This document shows, piece after piece, positions 1-12,900 of a stretch of 60,500 nt of DNA. The stretch lies in contig MEDY01000032.1 of the NCBI GenBank assembly GCA_001724265.1, positions 62,001 through 122,500 on the forward strand, read 5' to 3'. Both the position numbers and the translations under genes were made by a program. This stretch comes from Rhizaria sp. SCN 62-66. Its lineage: Eukaryota. Numbering within the stretch: position 1 is the stretch's first letter; the number at the start of each line of letters is the position of its first letter. The notes below the pieces were generated by a model, which worked only from the letters and a program-made list of their open reading frames with translations, made no database searches and was not told the DNA's origin.

Positions 1-2586
1 GCCGTTAGCCTCCAGGTCCGCGGCCGCGGCGGCCTCAAGCGTCGCCAGCTGCTGCGCCACCTTCGCCTGGTCGACCTCGCGGCCGTCCCACAGCAGCCGC
101 ACACGCTGCTGCCGCGTGCGCACGGCCAGCACCTTGTCGATGCGGTGGTCGGGCACAAAGTCCGCGTCGTCGTCACCCGCGCCGCCGTCGCCGTCGCCGT
201 CGCCGCCGTCGCCCTTGTCCTTATTGTCGTCATCCGAGTCGCTGGACACGAGGAAGTCGTCGTCGTTGCTGTCGTCGTCGGCGTACGTCCGCGTCGTCTT
301 GGTCGCCAGCCGGCCGGACGCGCGGCTGTTGCTATTCGAACTACGGCTCGTCGTCACCAAGATCTCGTCCTCCTCCTCAGCGGTCAAGCCGAGCTTGTTG
401 CGGTTCTTGGTGCCCGCCTTGCGGCCACCGCGCCCGCCACGCCCGCCGCCCGCCGCTGCGCCCGCCGCCACGCGGACCGACGCCGTGGCGGCCGAGATCG
501 ACTGCCCGGGCATGCGGGCTACGAGGAGCCCCGACGCGCCGCTGCCGCCGAGGGGCCCGCCGTCGCCGCCCGCGCCAGTGTTGCTGTTGTTGCGGTGTTG
601 CGCGCCGCCGCCCGCGCCGTAACCGGCGGCCGCGGCCGACTGGGACTGCACCGCGGGGCCACCCGAGGCCGAGAGGCCCATCGCCACGTTGTTGGCGACC
701 AAGATGCGGTTGTTGCCCTTGAGGTACTTGTCCGTGTAGTCGCGCGGGCGGCCGCAGACCGGCGTAGGCGGCAGGATCACCGGCACGTCGAGGCTCAGAC
801 CGGTGGAGGACCGGTGCAGCAGAGACTGCAGGTCGCGGCCGTAGATCGCCGACAGCGCCAGGATGGTCGCGAAACGCGCCTCGCAGTCGGCGGGCGAGTG
901 GCGCACCGAGAGGAAGCGGTCGTGCACCGTCAGCGGCCACGAATCGAGGTTGTGGCGCGTGGCAAACTCAAGCAGTGCGATCGTCTCGAGCAGCGTCCAG
1001 TGGCCCAGAGGGTCTTTATAGAGCGTCTCGTACTCGAACGCGGTGAATTGCGCGATTCCCAGCGCCGCGAACGACCAGGGCTCCTGCGTGCGGAGCTGGC
1101 CCGCGGAGATCACGTCCACGATCGCCGTCGCGGGGGACGCGCGCACCGCAGCGACAGCGGGCTTGGCCTCCTCGCCGTCAGTCTTAGTATCAGCGGTCTC
1201 GTTGTTGTTGTCGTCGACGGGCGGGGCGTGCGCCTTGGCGGCGGTCACGGCGGCCTGCGCGGCGGCGGTGTCAGTAAGCTGCGGCAGTGCAGCCAGTGCG
1301 CGCGCAGCCGCGGCGATGGGGTCCGCCTGTGCGGCCGCGGCGGCGACGCTCTTGATGGCGGCCGCGCACTCGGCCGAGGCGTCGCGTCCGGCGACGCCGC
1401 TCGAGCACTGCGCGGGCAGCGCCATGCCGTCCCTGGGCCACGCGCCGCGGCCGAGGACCTCGCCCTCGTTGCTGGCAAGGACGTGCGCCGGGTCCACAGA
1501 GGCGGCGGTGCACACGGCCCACTCGGGGTCGTCTTTGGCGATGACCCCGTACTCAGCGTGGGCGGCCATCGCCTCCAGAGTGCCGCGCTCGCGGGCAAAC
1601 ACGCGCCACTGCGGCTCCGTGCGCCCGCCCAGCGGGCCGGCGTTCTCGTCCGCTGCAGCGGCGTCGGCGGCGTCGGAGGGAAGGAAGTCCTCGGGGAGCC
1701 ACTCAGTGATGCGGGCCTGCAGTTGCGCGATGTGGTCGGCGCGCTCCAGCTCTACCATCGACGCGTACAGCGTCTCTTGGCGCAGGTTGTGGGACGCAAC
1801 GCGCGTCTCCTCGGCGCGCACGTCGTCCTCGTCGAGAAGTTCTTCGCTGCTCACCGTCACGTACTCGCTGTCACCGTCTACACCTTCGTTGTCCTTGCTC
1901 TCTGCGGCGCTCTCAGCGGTGCCAGCAGCAGCGCTCTCGGCAGCGGGGGCAACGACGACAGTCTTGAGTTGCTCGGGGGTGAGCGTGGCGCGCAGCACGC
2001 GCGTGGTCACCGTGCGCTTGGTCGGGATCGCGGCGATCGACATCAGCTCAGGCGCGGGGACGAGCGTCGGTGTGTAGGACTTAAGCGCGGCGGCGATGAG
2101 CCTCTGGATCTTCTGCCGGTGCGCCGTGTACGCCGCGGAGGTGACGAACTTGACCGTGGAAACGCTGCCAGCAACGCGCACTGCGACGGGCAGCCGGTCT
2201 GCGTAGTCGGCCGCGGTCGACGCGACGTCGGGCAGCACGAGCGGGTTGGGCTCGATGGGCGGGGGCACCAGGTCGATCTGCGCCAGGTTCGGCACGAAGG
2301 GCGGGATCACGCGCGGCGGGCCCAGACGGCTCTTCATCACGGCCGGGGAAACAGTGGGGCGGTACGCAGGCGCGTCCTTGCGCGGGCGGCCGCGGCGGCG
2401 CGCGGCGGCGGGGTCGGGGACCGCGACCTCGTCTTCGGAGCCCGAGGAAGCATTATTGTTGTCGCGGCCGGAGTCCTCGTAGTCAGAGCTGTCCGAGCCG
2501 GTGTTGTGGATCACTTGCTTGCGCTCGCGGCCGGAGCGGCGCAGAGTGCCCGCGGAGCCGTCGGCGGCAGCGGAGGAGGAGTCCAT
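1..2586 (-). CDS. Chromatin-associated protein with AT-hook, DMAP1/Swc4-like SANT domain and possible chromodomain start; 3' end lies beyond the window
   Basis: Manual translation from ATG at 2586 (MDSSSAAADGS...) stays open to position 1. It is missing from the ORF track because it has no stop. Motifs: RRRGRPRKD AT-hook (~2374-2400); FTAFEYETLYKDPLGHWTLLETIALLEFATRHNLDSWPLTVHDRFLSVRHSPADCEARF (~870-1050), which resembles the DMAP1/Swc4 SANT domain; and HRIDKVLAVRTRQQRVRLLWDG (~80-150), chromodomain-like. Codons are strongly GC3. Confidence 0.75.
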   Translation of the reverse strand, partial: MDSSSAAADGSAGTLRRSGRERKQVIHNTGSDSSDYEDSGRDNNNASSGSEDEVAVPDPAAARRRGRPRKDAPAYRPTVSPAVMKSRLGPPRVIPPFVPNLAQIDLVPPPIEPNPLVLPDVASTAADYADRLPVAVRVAGSVSTVKFVTSAAYTAHRQKIQRLIAAALKSYTPTLVPAPELMSIAAIPTKRTVTTRVLRATLTPEQLKTVVVAPAAESAAAGTAESAAESKDNEGVDGDSEYVTVSSEELLDEDDVRAEETRVASHNLRQETLYASMVELERADHIAQLQARITEWLPEDFLPSDAADAAAADENAGPLGGRTEPQWRVFARERGTLEAMAAHAEYGVIAKDDPEWAVCTAASVDPAHVLASNEGEVLGRGAWPRDGMALPAQCSSGVAGRDASAECAAAIKSVAAAAAQADPIAAAARALAALPQLTDTAAAQAAVTAAKAHAPPVDDNNNETADTKTDGEEAKPAVAAVRASPATAIVDVISAGQLRTQEPWSFAALGIAQFTAFEYETLYKDPLGHWTLLETIALLEFATRHNLDSWPLTVHDRFLSVRHSPADCEARFATILALSAIYGRDLQSLLHRSSTGLSLDVPVILPPTPVCGRPRDYTDKYLKGNNRILVANNVAMGLSASGGPAVQSQSAAAAGYGAGGGAQHRNNSNTGAGGDGGPLGGSGASGLLVARMPGQSISAATASVRVAAGAAAGGGRGGRGGRKAGTKNRNKLGLTAEEEDEILVTTSRSSNSNSRASGRLATKTTRTYADDDSNDDDFLVSSDSDDDNKDKGDGGDGDGDGGAGDDDADFVPDHRIDKVLAVRTRQQRVRLLWDGREVDQAKVAQQLATLEAAAAADLEANG

Positions 2587-3905
2587 GTGCGTGTGGGTGG
2601 AGACAGCGAGTCTGAGCTCGACTGGGGTGTCGCGATTCAGAGAGACAGCTGTTCGCGAAAGGGTGGAAAGTAAGGTGAAGTGGGGGGTGACCTCTTAAGA
2701 AGTCTAGGTGGCCGCGTGATAGACACAACGAAGTCGGTTATACGCGTTGCAGAGCGAGTGCGAGAGCAAAGTGGAGTGGGGGAGAAGTAAGGGGGTGGAG
2801 AGGTGAGATTTTGCCGCATCAACGCTCTCACTGGACATTGGAATTTAAATAGCAAGACGCAGATGTGGGGAGCACAACCATAACATGGACGCATTTGATG
2901 TTGACGAAGAGATGGGAGAGACCCAGAGGGTGTTTGGCAGCGGTCCACGACCGCCCAGATCGCGCGCGAGATTGCTCGAGCAAGCTTTGGGCGAAGAGAA
3001 GAGTCGGAACAACACAACTGGGCTGTCGCAAGATCGGGGAAATACCGCACCATCGACATAACCGTTGATATTAGCACGACATTAAAAGACATTTGCGCAG
3101 ATCGGCCATCCCGATAAGGACGTTCCGGCAACTGCAGTCAGCTTTGATGTTTCTTCGCGCCTTCGCTTCGAGGTGACTGGTGGCTTGGTTGCCGAGCAGC
3201 CGATTTGCCACGGACGGCACCGACCGTGGGCTGCTCACAGTCACTTTGAGTCGGGATGAGGGTGCGACATGGTTTGTAAGTGATAACTCAGCAGGAATTG
3301 CTTCATTTTAAATGAATTGAAGATATGTGATTTAAATGTGTAATCTGTATATATTTGTAAATTCCTGGCTTTTAAGGTAATCGTATCCTCTCAATGACGC
3401 CGCCTACGCATCATAGACAACTCACTCACATAGGCGAATTGGATGGGTATATGCACGATAGCCGTGCAAGGCGAAGACATTAGCAATACACTAGATTTAT
3501 ACATGCGCGTTCTATGATATATCCAAGTTTGGGCTTCTAAGACAATGATGAAGACTAGCTGCACTTCATGGACTGGTCATGTTGTGACCGTTTGTGGTGG
3601 AGTGTTGACGTCGTCGTTCGGTGAACTTTCGTTTCAAGAGGGCTGAACCAGGTTGTATTGTCCGTCAAATACCGCCAGCGGCATGTCGCCAGATGTGAAA
3701 CTGGCTGTGTGATTGTAACACTTAATAATGTTTTTCCAGGATATGATTCTGCATCACTATCGGTCTCTGTCTACAACTCACTTCCCGAGTGACGCCTCAC
3801 CCACTCCCACGACTCTCTCTTTCCTCTTGCGCCATCACTCTCTTTTCCTAGCACACTCGTCGCCTTACTCAGCGCTAGATCTCTTATCCGACCTACACGG
3901 CGTTA

Positions 3906-6900
3906 ATGTCTCGCGTCCTGCTGGGCCCCGCGGCCAGTGCAGTGACGCAGTCCCCCTGGGGCGACCTGGGCCCTGCAGCGCCGATACCCGCCGCGCCGAT
4001 TCCCACTCTCGCGCGCCTCCGCCGCCTGCTCGCGCTGCCCAAGAGCCGCGGTACGCACATATCTTGCTTTTTGCTCTCAATCTATTGCTCTCTAGAACTC
4101 TGATATGCAGTGCTGTATTCATGCGCATGGGTCACGATTGAATGCGCTAATCGTTACAAGAAGCTCACAAAATGCACATTTCTCACTGATATGAACCCTA
4201 CTTCTGACTTTAACTCTTTGCAGACCCCGCGCGCCGCACCGTCTGCGAGGCCGGTTGGACCCTGCTCGATCTGTGTCAGTACCTGTACCACCCCGCGCTC
4301 GCAGCACAGCTCCACACCGCAGTGCGCGCATGTGTCCGCGCCCTCAGCACGCCTGGCTCTGACGCCGAGACCGCCCGTCTGACATTGCGCGTTGCCGCAG
4401 CGCTCGCAGCTACGCCTGCTGTTGCCAAGCCCGCGACCGCGACTAACTGCAGCAACAGTGGCAGCTCAAGCTCTCACAGCTGCTCTGACTGTAGCAACAC
4501 TTTATCTGGTCATAGTGCGAACAGTGGTGATGCGACTATGTACCCGTTTCCGCGCGTGTTCCTGTCTCCCACCGACGCGCCCGCGCCCTGCTGTCACGCT
4601 GATGTGGCCATGGACGCTGCCGTCAGCGCTAGCGGCAACGGCGGTGCTGCATACGGGCCGTATCAGCGTCCGCTGCTCGCGGGCCCACACGGAGCGGTGG
4701 CCGCTGCACTCACCGGCTCCGTCTCCTCCGTCAGCTCCAGCTCTAGCTTTTCCGCTCGCGTGAACGTCAGCTCTAGCACTAGCTCTGCAGTTGGCTCTGT
4801 CCCGGCCGCAACTGCGAACGCGGCTGTCAGCACTAGTCATAGTGTTGGCAGTGATGCTGTTGCGTCAGCAAGGCGCGTGTTTCTGCTCACAGTCGCCGAG
4901 CATAACAACTGCAACATCGCTCTGCCGTCTACCAACACTCACCACATCTACTCTAGTAGCTCTAGCGACTGCGGCCATGCGCACAGTCACTCTCAGAGCC
5001 ACGCGCGGCTGGTTTTGGCGCCCGCACCTCTGATCGCCTGTCACTGTGGCACTGCATCACTGGCAGTCGATGACCTCCTGCGTTGGGCCACAGTCAATAA
5101 CAACGACACCCACAACAGCGCGGCGGACAGAAGCAGTCACCGCGACTCTGCTGGCGCTGCTGCTGGTGGCGGTGCGGCGTATGATTGCTACGACACTGAC
5201 GATGGCTACGGTCTCTCTCTTGATAACGACGACGTTGCTGCAGCTGCATTGAACCACACTGCAGCAACGACAACCACGTCTAGCTCTGCTGCTGGCAACG
5301 CCCCCACTGCCGACACACATAGTGCCACAGCTCATTCGCCGCCGCAGTGGCTGTTTGAGCTCATGACCAGTCTCGATATCGACGCCGGTCTTCGTCGCAC
5401 TACCCCAGGCTGCAGCTTCCCATCCGACACGCTCGGCGGCCTTAGTTCCCCCCAGTCTCTGTCTCCGTCTGCAGACGGCACGGCTTCAGCCGCTGTGCTC
5501 GCTGCTGCGGTGATTTCCGAGGCCGGCGTCGCCGTCGGTGCCGCACTGCGGCAGCGCGTGTTCAGGGCTCGTGCCGGCGCCCTCGCCAGCGCTCTGGCGG
5601 CCGCGGCGTCACTGGGCTGCGAGTTTGACCACCGGTCTGAGGCGCTTATTGAGGAGGCTGAGGCGGAGGCCGAGGCTGATGTTGAAGCGATGCCGCTGCC
5701 TGTGCGCAATATCAATGCTCATAACAACAGCACTGTCGCTGGTGCTACGAACAACGGCTTTAACCGGACTGACCGGAGCACGAGCTCGAGTGAGGCGAGT
5801 GTTGCCGGTGTCGCTGCCGGTGTGTCCACGACTTCTGACCGTGGCTTGACGGTGGGCACGGTCGAGGTACGCGAGTATGCGCTCACTCCGCTGCCCTCTG
5901 CCACGAGCAACAGCAACAGCAGTCACACCGCTGCCTCTGCGTCGGCGTCGTTTGCGAGTGGCTCGAACGCACATCAGGCCCAGAACGCTATTAATGCCAG
6001 TCCGAACACGGACTCTAGTGCCAGCAGTAGTAGTCACACGGCCAGCAAGGATCCATACCCATACCTGTTCCCGTGGCCATTGCCGTTTCCTGCGCCTTTG
6101 TTCGGCATGAAGAACACCTCAAACACCCGCCGGCCTCAGGCGAGTGCGCCCCAAGCAGCTGCGCCTCTAACTCGTGAGACCAAGGCTGCTTCAGCGACAA
6201 ACTCCGACGGCAAGAAGGCTGACTCGGTCCAGCGTCCTGGCCAGAAATCCTCTCTTAGCGCTGGCTCTGGCCGTGGTCTCGGCCCCAGCCGCAGTCCCAG
6301 CCACAGCCGCAGCAGCACGAGCTACCTCTCGGACCCGCCAGTGCTGCCCCCCGCCCAGTGGTGGTCGCGGCCTCTGTCGTCATCGTCCTTGCCGCCGAGC
6401 AAGGCGGCTGCGAGCGCGAACCCCGAGCCTGTGCTACTGCCGCCGTGGCCGTTGCCCTGCCCGCCGTCGCCGTATTTGGCGTATCTCTTCGCGGCCTCGC
6501 AGCACGCTGAACTGTATAAGGCGCGCGAGCTGTCGCTGGAGCGGCGCGCTGCAGCGCTAACTGCAGAGGCGGCTGCGCTCACTCGTGAGATCAACGCTGC
6601 ACTCACTGCCGAAGCACACGCTGACAGCGACGCTGACAGCGATAACATCAAGGATGCTGTGAATCACACCATTGATGGGGATGGAATCACTGCTGACGGC
6701 GACGAAGCGTTCCCTCGCAGCGATATGGCATTGACGCAGTCGTCCTCGAACACCGCTGCGTACACTGCCGCTGCCACGGAGACCGCCGCCGCTGCCGCTG
6801 CAGCCAGCGCACCCTCGACCCTGCGCCGCAAATCCCGCCGCGCGCGCCGCTTGCGCGCCGCCGCGTCCGCCGCGCTGGCGACCGCCGCGGCGCTGCCCCG

Positions 6901-9900
6901 TCTCTCGCTGCAGCTGCCATATGTGCCCGCCGCGATTCCGCTCACGTCCTGGCTGCCCGCGCTTGTGTCGGCGCGCGAGCACGATATCCTGCACCTGTGC
7001 GAGGACCGGTCGCGCGCCATCTTCTCGGAGCCCCCGCTCGCGGGCCCGCCGCCTGTGCACTCGCACCACGCGTACAGCGCAGTCTACCGTCGCGCCGGCG
7101 CCGCACGAGCCCCCGCGCGCTTCCCCCTGCCGCTGCCGCCCGCGCCGCCGCAGGTGCCGACGCTGCACCTGCCGCTCTACGGCGGCCCGCTCGCGACGGG
7201 ACCAGGCGACGGGTCCGGCCATTGGGGCGCGTGGGGCGTCGGCAGCTGGGCCGGCCGCGGCGGCGCGGGCGTGGGCGCTGGCGCCGGAGCAGGAGGCCCC
7301 GGCGCTGGCGGGGATTCGGCGGCTGAGGCAGTGTACCAGCGGGCCCTGCGCGCGCAGAACCAGCTTTTGTTACAGGAAAGCGCGCTTAAGGCGCGCGCCG
7401 CTGCTGCAGCTGCAGTTAGCTCCGCTAGAGATGCTGACTCGGCAGCTGCGACCATGGCCGAGGCCAGTGCCGAGTCGAGAGCGAGTGTCAATGCGAGTGC
7501 GCAGTCGACCGACCTGAGTCCGCCAAATGCGCTGGCCCTGCGCCGGCTGCCGCTGCTGCCGCCGCCGCCGCTGCCGCCGACCGTGGCCGAGGCCGCGGCG
7601 ATCGACGCCGCCGCCGCTGCTGCTGCTGAAGCCGATGGTGTGTGGGAGGCTGCCTCCGTCGGACTCTGGTCCGGGTACTGGCACTGGGTGCAAGTTGAGC
7701 CTGCTGCAGTTGACAGCGTCTGCGACAGCGGGAGCCTCGCGACCTCGTCAGACTGCAGTGTCGGCACAGGCGCCGGTAAGCTCGTGATGTGCCGCGTGCC
7801 AGTGCCGCCGCAGCCGCCGCAGCCGTCTCTGGTCAACGCGCTCGGCGAAGTCGCCGTCAGCGTGTGGGGCGACGCGGAGGGCGCGGTGGGCGACGTCGCT
7901 GCGCCCACGGCCGCCGTCAGCAAGGTCGCGACGGCTGCAGTCAGTCCCGCGAACAAGAGCGTCGCTGTGAGCACGCGTGCTTCCACTACTGCGAGTTCCA
8001 GTTTCACAGTCGCGTCTCCAACATCAGCGTCATCGACTTTGGCGTTGAGTGTGTCGCATAATAGTCGCCATGCTTCTGCCAATATTAAAGACAATGCTGC
8101 ATCATCGGGACTTGATACTGAGCAGCCTTTACATGCGCAAAGCGTCCACAGTCGGAATGAGAGTGATGACACTCAGACGATGACACTGACGATGAGCGAG
8201 GCCATCACGCTGAGCTACCCACAACATGTGCCAGTACTATCCTCCACCTCGACGCTGGCAGCGCAATCTCTATCGTGCTCCCCAGTCTGCGCAGACTGTC
8301 TCTCGCGGCCCATCGTGCTGCCCCGCGCCCCCACGGCGCCACCGTGCTGTTTACGCCGTCTCTCCAACTTCGCGTCCTTCCTTCTGCGCTGGGGCCGGTA
8401 CCGCTCTCTCGCCGCCACCCAGGCCATCCACTCGGCGGGCTCCGGCAACGCGCACGCCGCCGTCGCCGCCGCCGCGGCCGCCGCAGCCCCGTGCCGCGCC
8501 GCCGCGCACATCTCCGCGCTCGTCCTCGCCGAGGCGGCCGAGTCGGCGCGCCAGGTCGACGCGCCTGACGACGGCGGTGACAGCGCGCTACAGCTGCCGC
8601 AGCCGCACTCCGCGCTCGCGCTTAACGCCGGGCAGACCCCGCCGGGCGTGGTGCTGCAGATGGCGCAGCGCGAGATCCAGTTCTTCGACGTGCTGCGCGC
8701 CTATGACCCGGACTTGCTGTCGGTCCCGACCTTCATGGCTACACGCGTCGTTGCGGTTGCGCGCGCGACTGCAGTGTTGCAGTCACATCTAGTCGCTCAC
8801 GCGCCTGCCCAGGCGCCAGTGTGTGAAAATGGGTTTCCGTCGGCCGTCGCCGCAGCCGTCGCTTCGGCCGCGTTTACGGCCGCGTCTGTGGCGGGAGCGA
8901 CTTCTGGTGGGTTTCTGATGCAGACCGTACCCCGCGCACCGCTGCCGGTGCCTGTCGCATTCGCGCGGACACCTGCACCCTTGCTGTCCATTGCCCAGCC
9001 GCAGCGGATGCATGCGATTTCGACGTCGCGCGCGTTGAACTCATGCATTGAGCTCGCGCTGAAGCATAATGACTCTTTACAGCATTTAAGCCCAGCTAGC
9101 AAGAGCTTGACTTCGTATCAATCGCAAGGGCAACGTAGCCAGCAGCTCACATTCGCGTACTTCTTCCCTCCTGCAGTACCGATGCACAGCAACGGTGAGC
9201 CCGCGCCCCCATCCCCACATCAGCCGCTCCCCACCGCAAGCGCGGTCACGATCGCGGCGCACCGCGACGGCTGGTGGTGGCGCCGGTCCGCCTCGGCGCT
9301 TGCAGTTGATGCAGAGGCGTGCGCTCTGCACGATGCGCTGCTGCTGGGCAGTAGGACAGAGAAAATCGTCTCCGTGTCATCCCGTCTTGCGGGCTCTGTG
9401 GGCCAGGTTGAAGGCGCGGCGCGTGCTCTCCTGGCTGAGGCCGCACCGCTGCTTGCACTGCTGCCGGCGGAAGTGCGGGCTGCTGTTGAGGAGTGGGGCG
9501 GTGGCGCGCTGGTGATGCCGCAGAGTCAGGAGAATGACGCGTCCACAGTTGATGGTGTGAATAGCGATCTGAGTGTGATGGCAGGATTTGTTCCCGGTAT
9601 GCAATCTCCGCTGCGTTGGGTTGCTCCTGTGGCGTACACAGTCACTGCGACAACGTTCAATGCATTCCGTTCCACTGACAGTGGCTCTATAGTCAGCGCA
9701 TCTCTCACTCAGGATTCCGTTGGCACCTCATCTGCTCTGCCAGTATCCCCGCTTGACGCTGCGCGCGCCATCCTAGCGCCAGTCGCTTTGCCGCCGCCGT
9801 ACTCGTATCCGGCGCCTCCCGCGATCACATCGATCACCGCTAACGTGAGTGCCAACGCCGGCTCTGGCGCGCAGAGCCTGATCGCCGGCACGCTCGCCAC

Positions 9901-12900
9901 ACACGCACATGCGGTTGAAGCGTTAGCGCACATCCGGCTCGCCTGTCCCGGTGCGACGGCAACTGCTCCCACACTGCCGCAGCCGCGGGATCCGTCTAAT
10001 TCGAGAGCGTCTAGAGTGAACGCCCACTCAAACACAAGCTCCCCGGCCGCTGCCAGAAGTGTCAGTGCCGCCGCTGATGTGAGAGAGAACGAAGGCCCCT
10101 GGTGGTCGCGCGCGGTGGCCCCGCACCCTCTCGTTGCGCCGCACGCCGACGAGCCCGACCACATCGCGTTCCAGCATCTCTGCGGCATCCGCGGGTGGGC
10201 GCTGTGGCCTGCGTGCGAGCCTGTGCCTTTTACCGCTTCAAGCAGTGCCAGCGTCAGCGTGTCTACGCCTCTTGCTCTAACTCAGTCAAGTAGCAACACA
10301 CGGAGTCTCGCAACCCCCGAAGCAAGCGTTGTCACAATCGATGCTGTTACAGCTGCACGAGAGCTGTTAGGCGCGCTGCCACAGACCGCGCCGCCGTCAC
10401 TCCGCGTCCTTGCCGCGGCCACGGTCGCCGTCCGCCTCTGGCTCGTGCCCGGGTTGCAGCGCTGGCGCGCTTTGCGTGGCACTGCGCTGCCCGGTGCTGC
10501 GACGGTGATCGCACCGGCGACGCCTGTCGCACTGCTGCCACCCACTGCGCTGCCGTCTACAAACACTAGCGTCGCCTCAACGCCCACTGTGTCGACTGCG
10601 GTTGTCGATTTGAGCAAGCCAGCAACGCGTTCAGTCGCTGCCGTCACCTCAGCGGCTGCGGCAGTGGCTGCAACTGTGAGTGCATGCGTGTCTTCACTCG
10701 CAATCAGTCGGTTTGGTCCGCTGCGCTCTCAGGCTCTAGCCCTGCTCGACGAACTCGTCGCCGTCACGGTTGCGCATCAGGACGCGGCAGAAAACGCGAG
10801 CGTTAACGGTCCTAATAACAACATGACACGAAGTCTTACTGACAGCATCAGCCCCGTTGAAGCTGGGGAAGTAGATAGTGTTGGTCCTCCGTCGTGGTGG
10901 ATGACTGTCGGTGCACAGGCACGTCAACTCGCGCCGCTGCCAGAGGTCGTCGCCACGCTCGCGCAGTGCCAGCAAGAAGACGTGACTGCCTGGGTTCGCC
11001 GCGTCATCGCCGGTGACGCCGAAGAGGGCGCGAACAACGCTGCGAGCGCTGCGGACGGCGCCAAGGGCAGTGGTCGTGGCAAGCGCGACAAGAAAGGCAA
11101 GGGCGGGAAGGCGCCGCGGGCCGACGACGAGAACAATGATGACGATAGCGCAGATGACGGTGACAGCGACGATGGCGATGGCAACGACGACGACGACGAC
11201 GATGATCATGAAGAAGCTGAAGTTCTGTGGACCGACGTCAACGATGCTGATGTCACCGCACTGTTTGCACACTCATCCTCCGAAGACGACGATGACGCAG
11301 ATGATGACGTGAACGCCGCGCTTTCCAACGATGCCTCAGTAGATGCGAAGAACAAGAAGGCGACTGAACAGCCTCTTGATGCCAAGAGCGCGCGCCGTCG
11401 TCGTCGTGACCGCCGCCGCGCCCGCGCTACCGCTGTTATTGCGCTCGCTGCCGGCTCGTCCCTTCCGCTGATGACACCGCAACCGCAGTCGTCGCGCAGC
11501 TCTGCCAGTGCCACTCGCTCCCGTGAGCGTGAACGCGAGCGCGAGCGCCGTCGTCGCGACCGCGAACGCGAGCGTGAGCGCCGCGCGGGCTTGCCAGCTG
11601 CTGCAGTGGCGATGCTTAAGCAGTGGGACACCGAGATGCGTTCGCTCGAGGCGGCGCAGCGGTGGAACACCTACGAGTCACAGCACGCGCCGTCTGCGTC
11701 ACTCGGACAAAACCAGCAGCAGCAACAGCAGCGGCAGCAAGGGCAGGGTGGTGCGCAAACCCGCTGGTCTCTGATGGAGGCATTGCTGACTCACTGGGAC
11801 CTTGTGTCGAACCTGCTCTACTTCACCACCAACACGCGCCTGCCGACGTACGCGCAGTCTGACCAGCCGCAGCACCGCACGCGCACGCGCCGCGGTGCCC
11901 GCAACCCGTACCGCGCCCGCCTTGCGTCGCCGGAAGGGCTCGTGCGCGCCGCCGCGCGTCGGCTCAACTCGGCGGCCGACAACGCGATTCTGATGGCGCT
12001 GGTGCGCCGACCCGCGCCCGCCAACGGCACGTCAGGCCCTAGCGCTCCGGGGGCGCGGTGCGACACGCAGTACTCGAACTGGAACAAGATCGGTCATGGC
12101 GCGTTCGGTGACGTGTACAGTGCGACGTATAAGCCGCTGCCTGCTGTGGCAAACGTCAATGTTCCTGCTTTAACACAGACGCGGTCGTCGCTTGCTGGCA
12201 AGAGTGGCAAGGGTGCGAAGGGCGGCAAGGGTGGCAGCTCAGTCAACAGCGGCAACACCAGCCGCTCTGTCTCGCGCGTTCACAACAACAATCCTGCGAC
12301 CACTGCGTCATCGATCGACGCAAGTAGCCCGATTGTTGCCGTGGCAACGACGCCTGCCCAGGACGGACGCTCTAGTGTGACAGTCACACTTGCCCCGTTC
12401 GCGTCCGCGCCTGTTGGCACTACTCCCTCTGTTGTGGCATCCACTACACTCGGAGACACTGACGCAGCTGCTATTTCTACTGCTGCTGCTGCTAGCGCTG
12501 ATGCAGAGAGCGGCAACGCGAGCTCGAAGCCTTCGCAGAAGACTTCACTGTGGAGCCGTATCTTCAGTTTTTCGCGTTCTCGCGCCAACACCGAGAGTAC
12601 TGCCGAAGGCGCCGCTGCGAATGCTGATGCAGCTTTGAGCACGACTGCAATTGCTGAGAGCTCCGCGGAGAACGCTCTCGTCAAAGTGCCCACTGACCCC
12701 ATGCTCACATTGGTTCCAGGCACCGATGAAGACGCTATGGTAGACGCAGGCGCTGAGCATAATCCTACTTGTGTGGGATCTAACAACAATAGCAAGCGCG
12801 CAGAGCCGTCTGCCGTCGCTGCATGCTTTGTGGAGGAGTCCCTAGCTGTGGACGATGCAGGAGCGCCCGCGGCTGTCGTGCCGCTTGCCGTTGCCATGGC

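Noticed and set aside
145-2673. 842-aa plus-strand ORF
   Set aside because: Antisense shadow of the minus-strand gene 1-2586; its V/R/G-rich composition is what reverse-complemented GC3-biased codons produce.
2700-3900. Possible ncRNA or tRNA in the longer intergenic spacers (also 32700-33480 and 40000-40680)
   Set aside because: No tRNA, rRNA, snRNA or spliced-leader motifs recognisable by eye; an Infernal/Rfam scan would be needed to exclude them.
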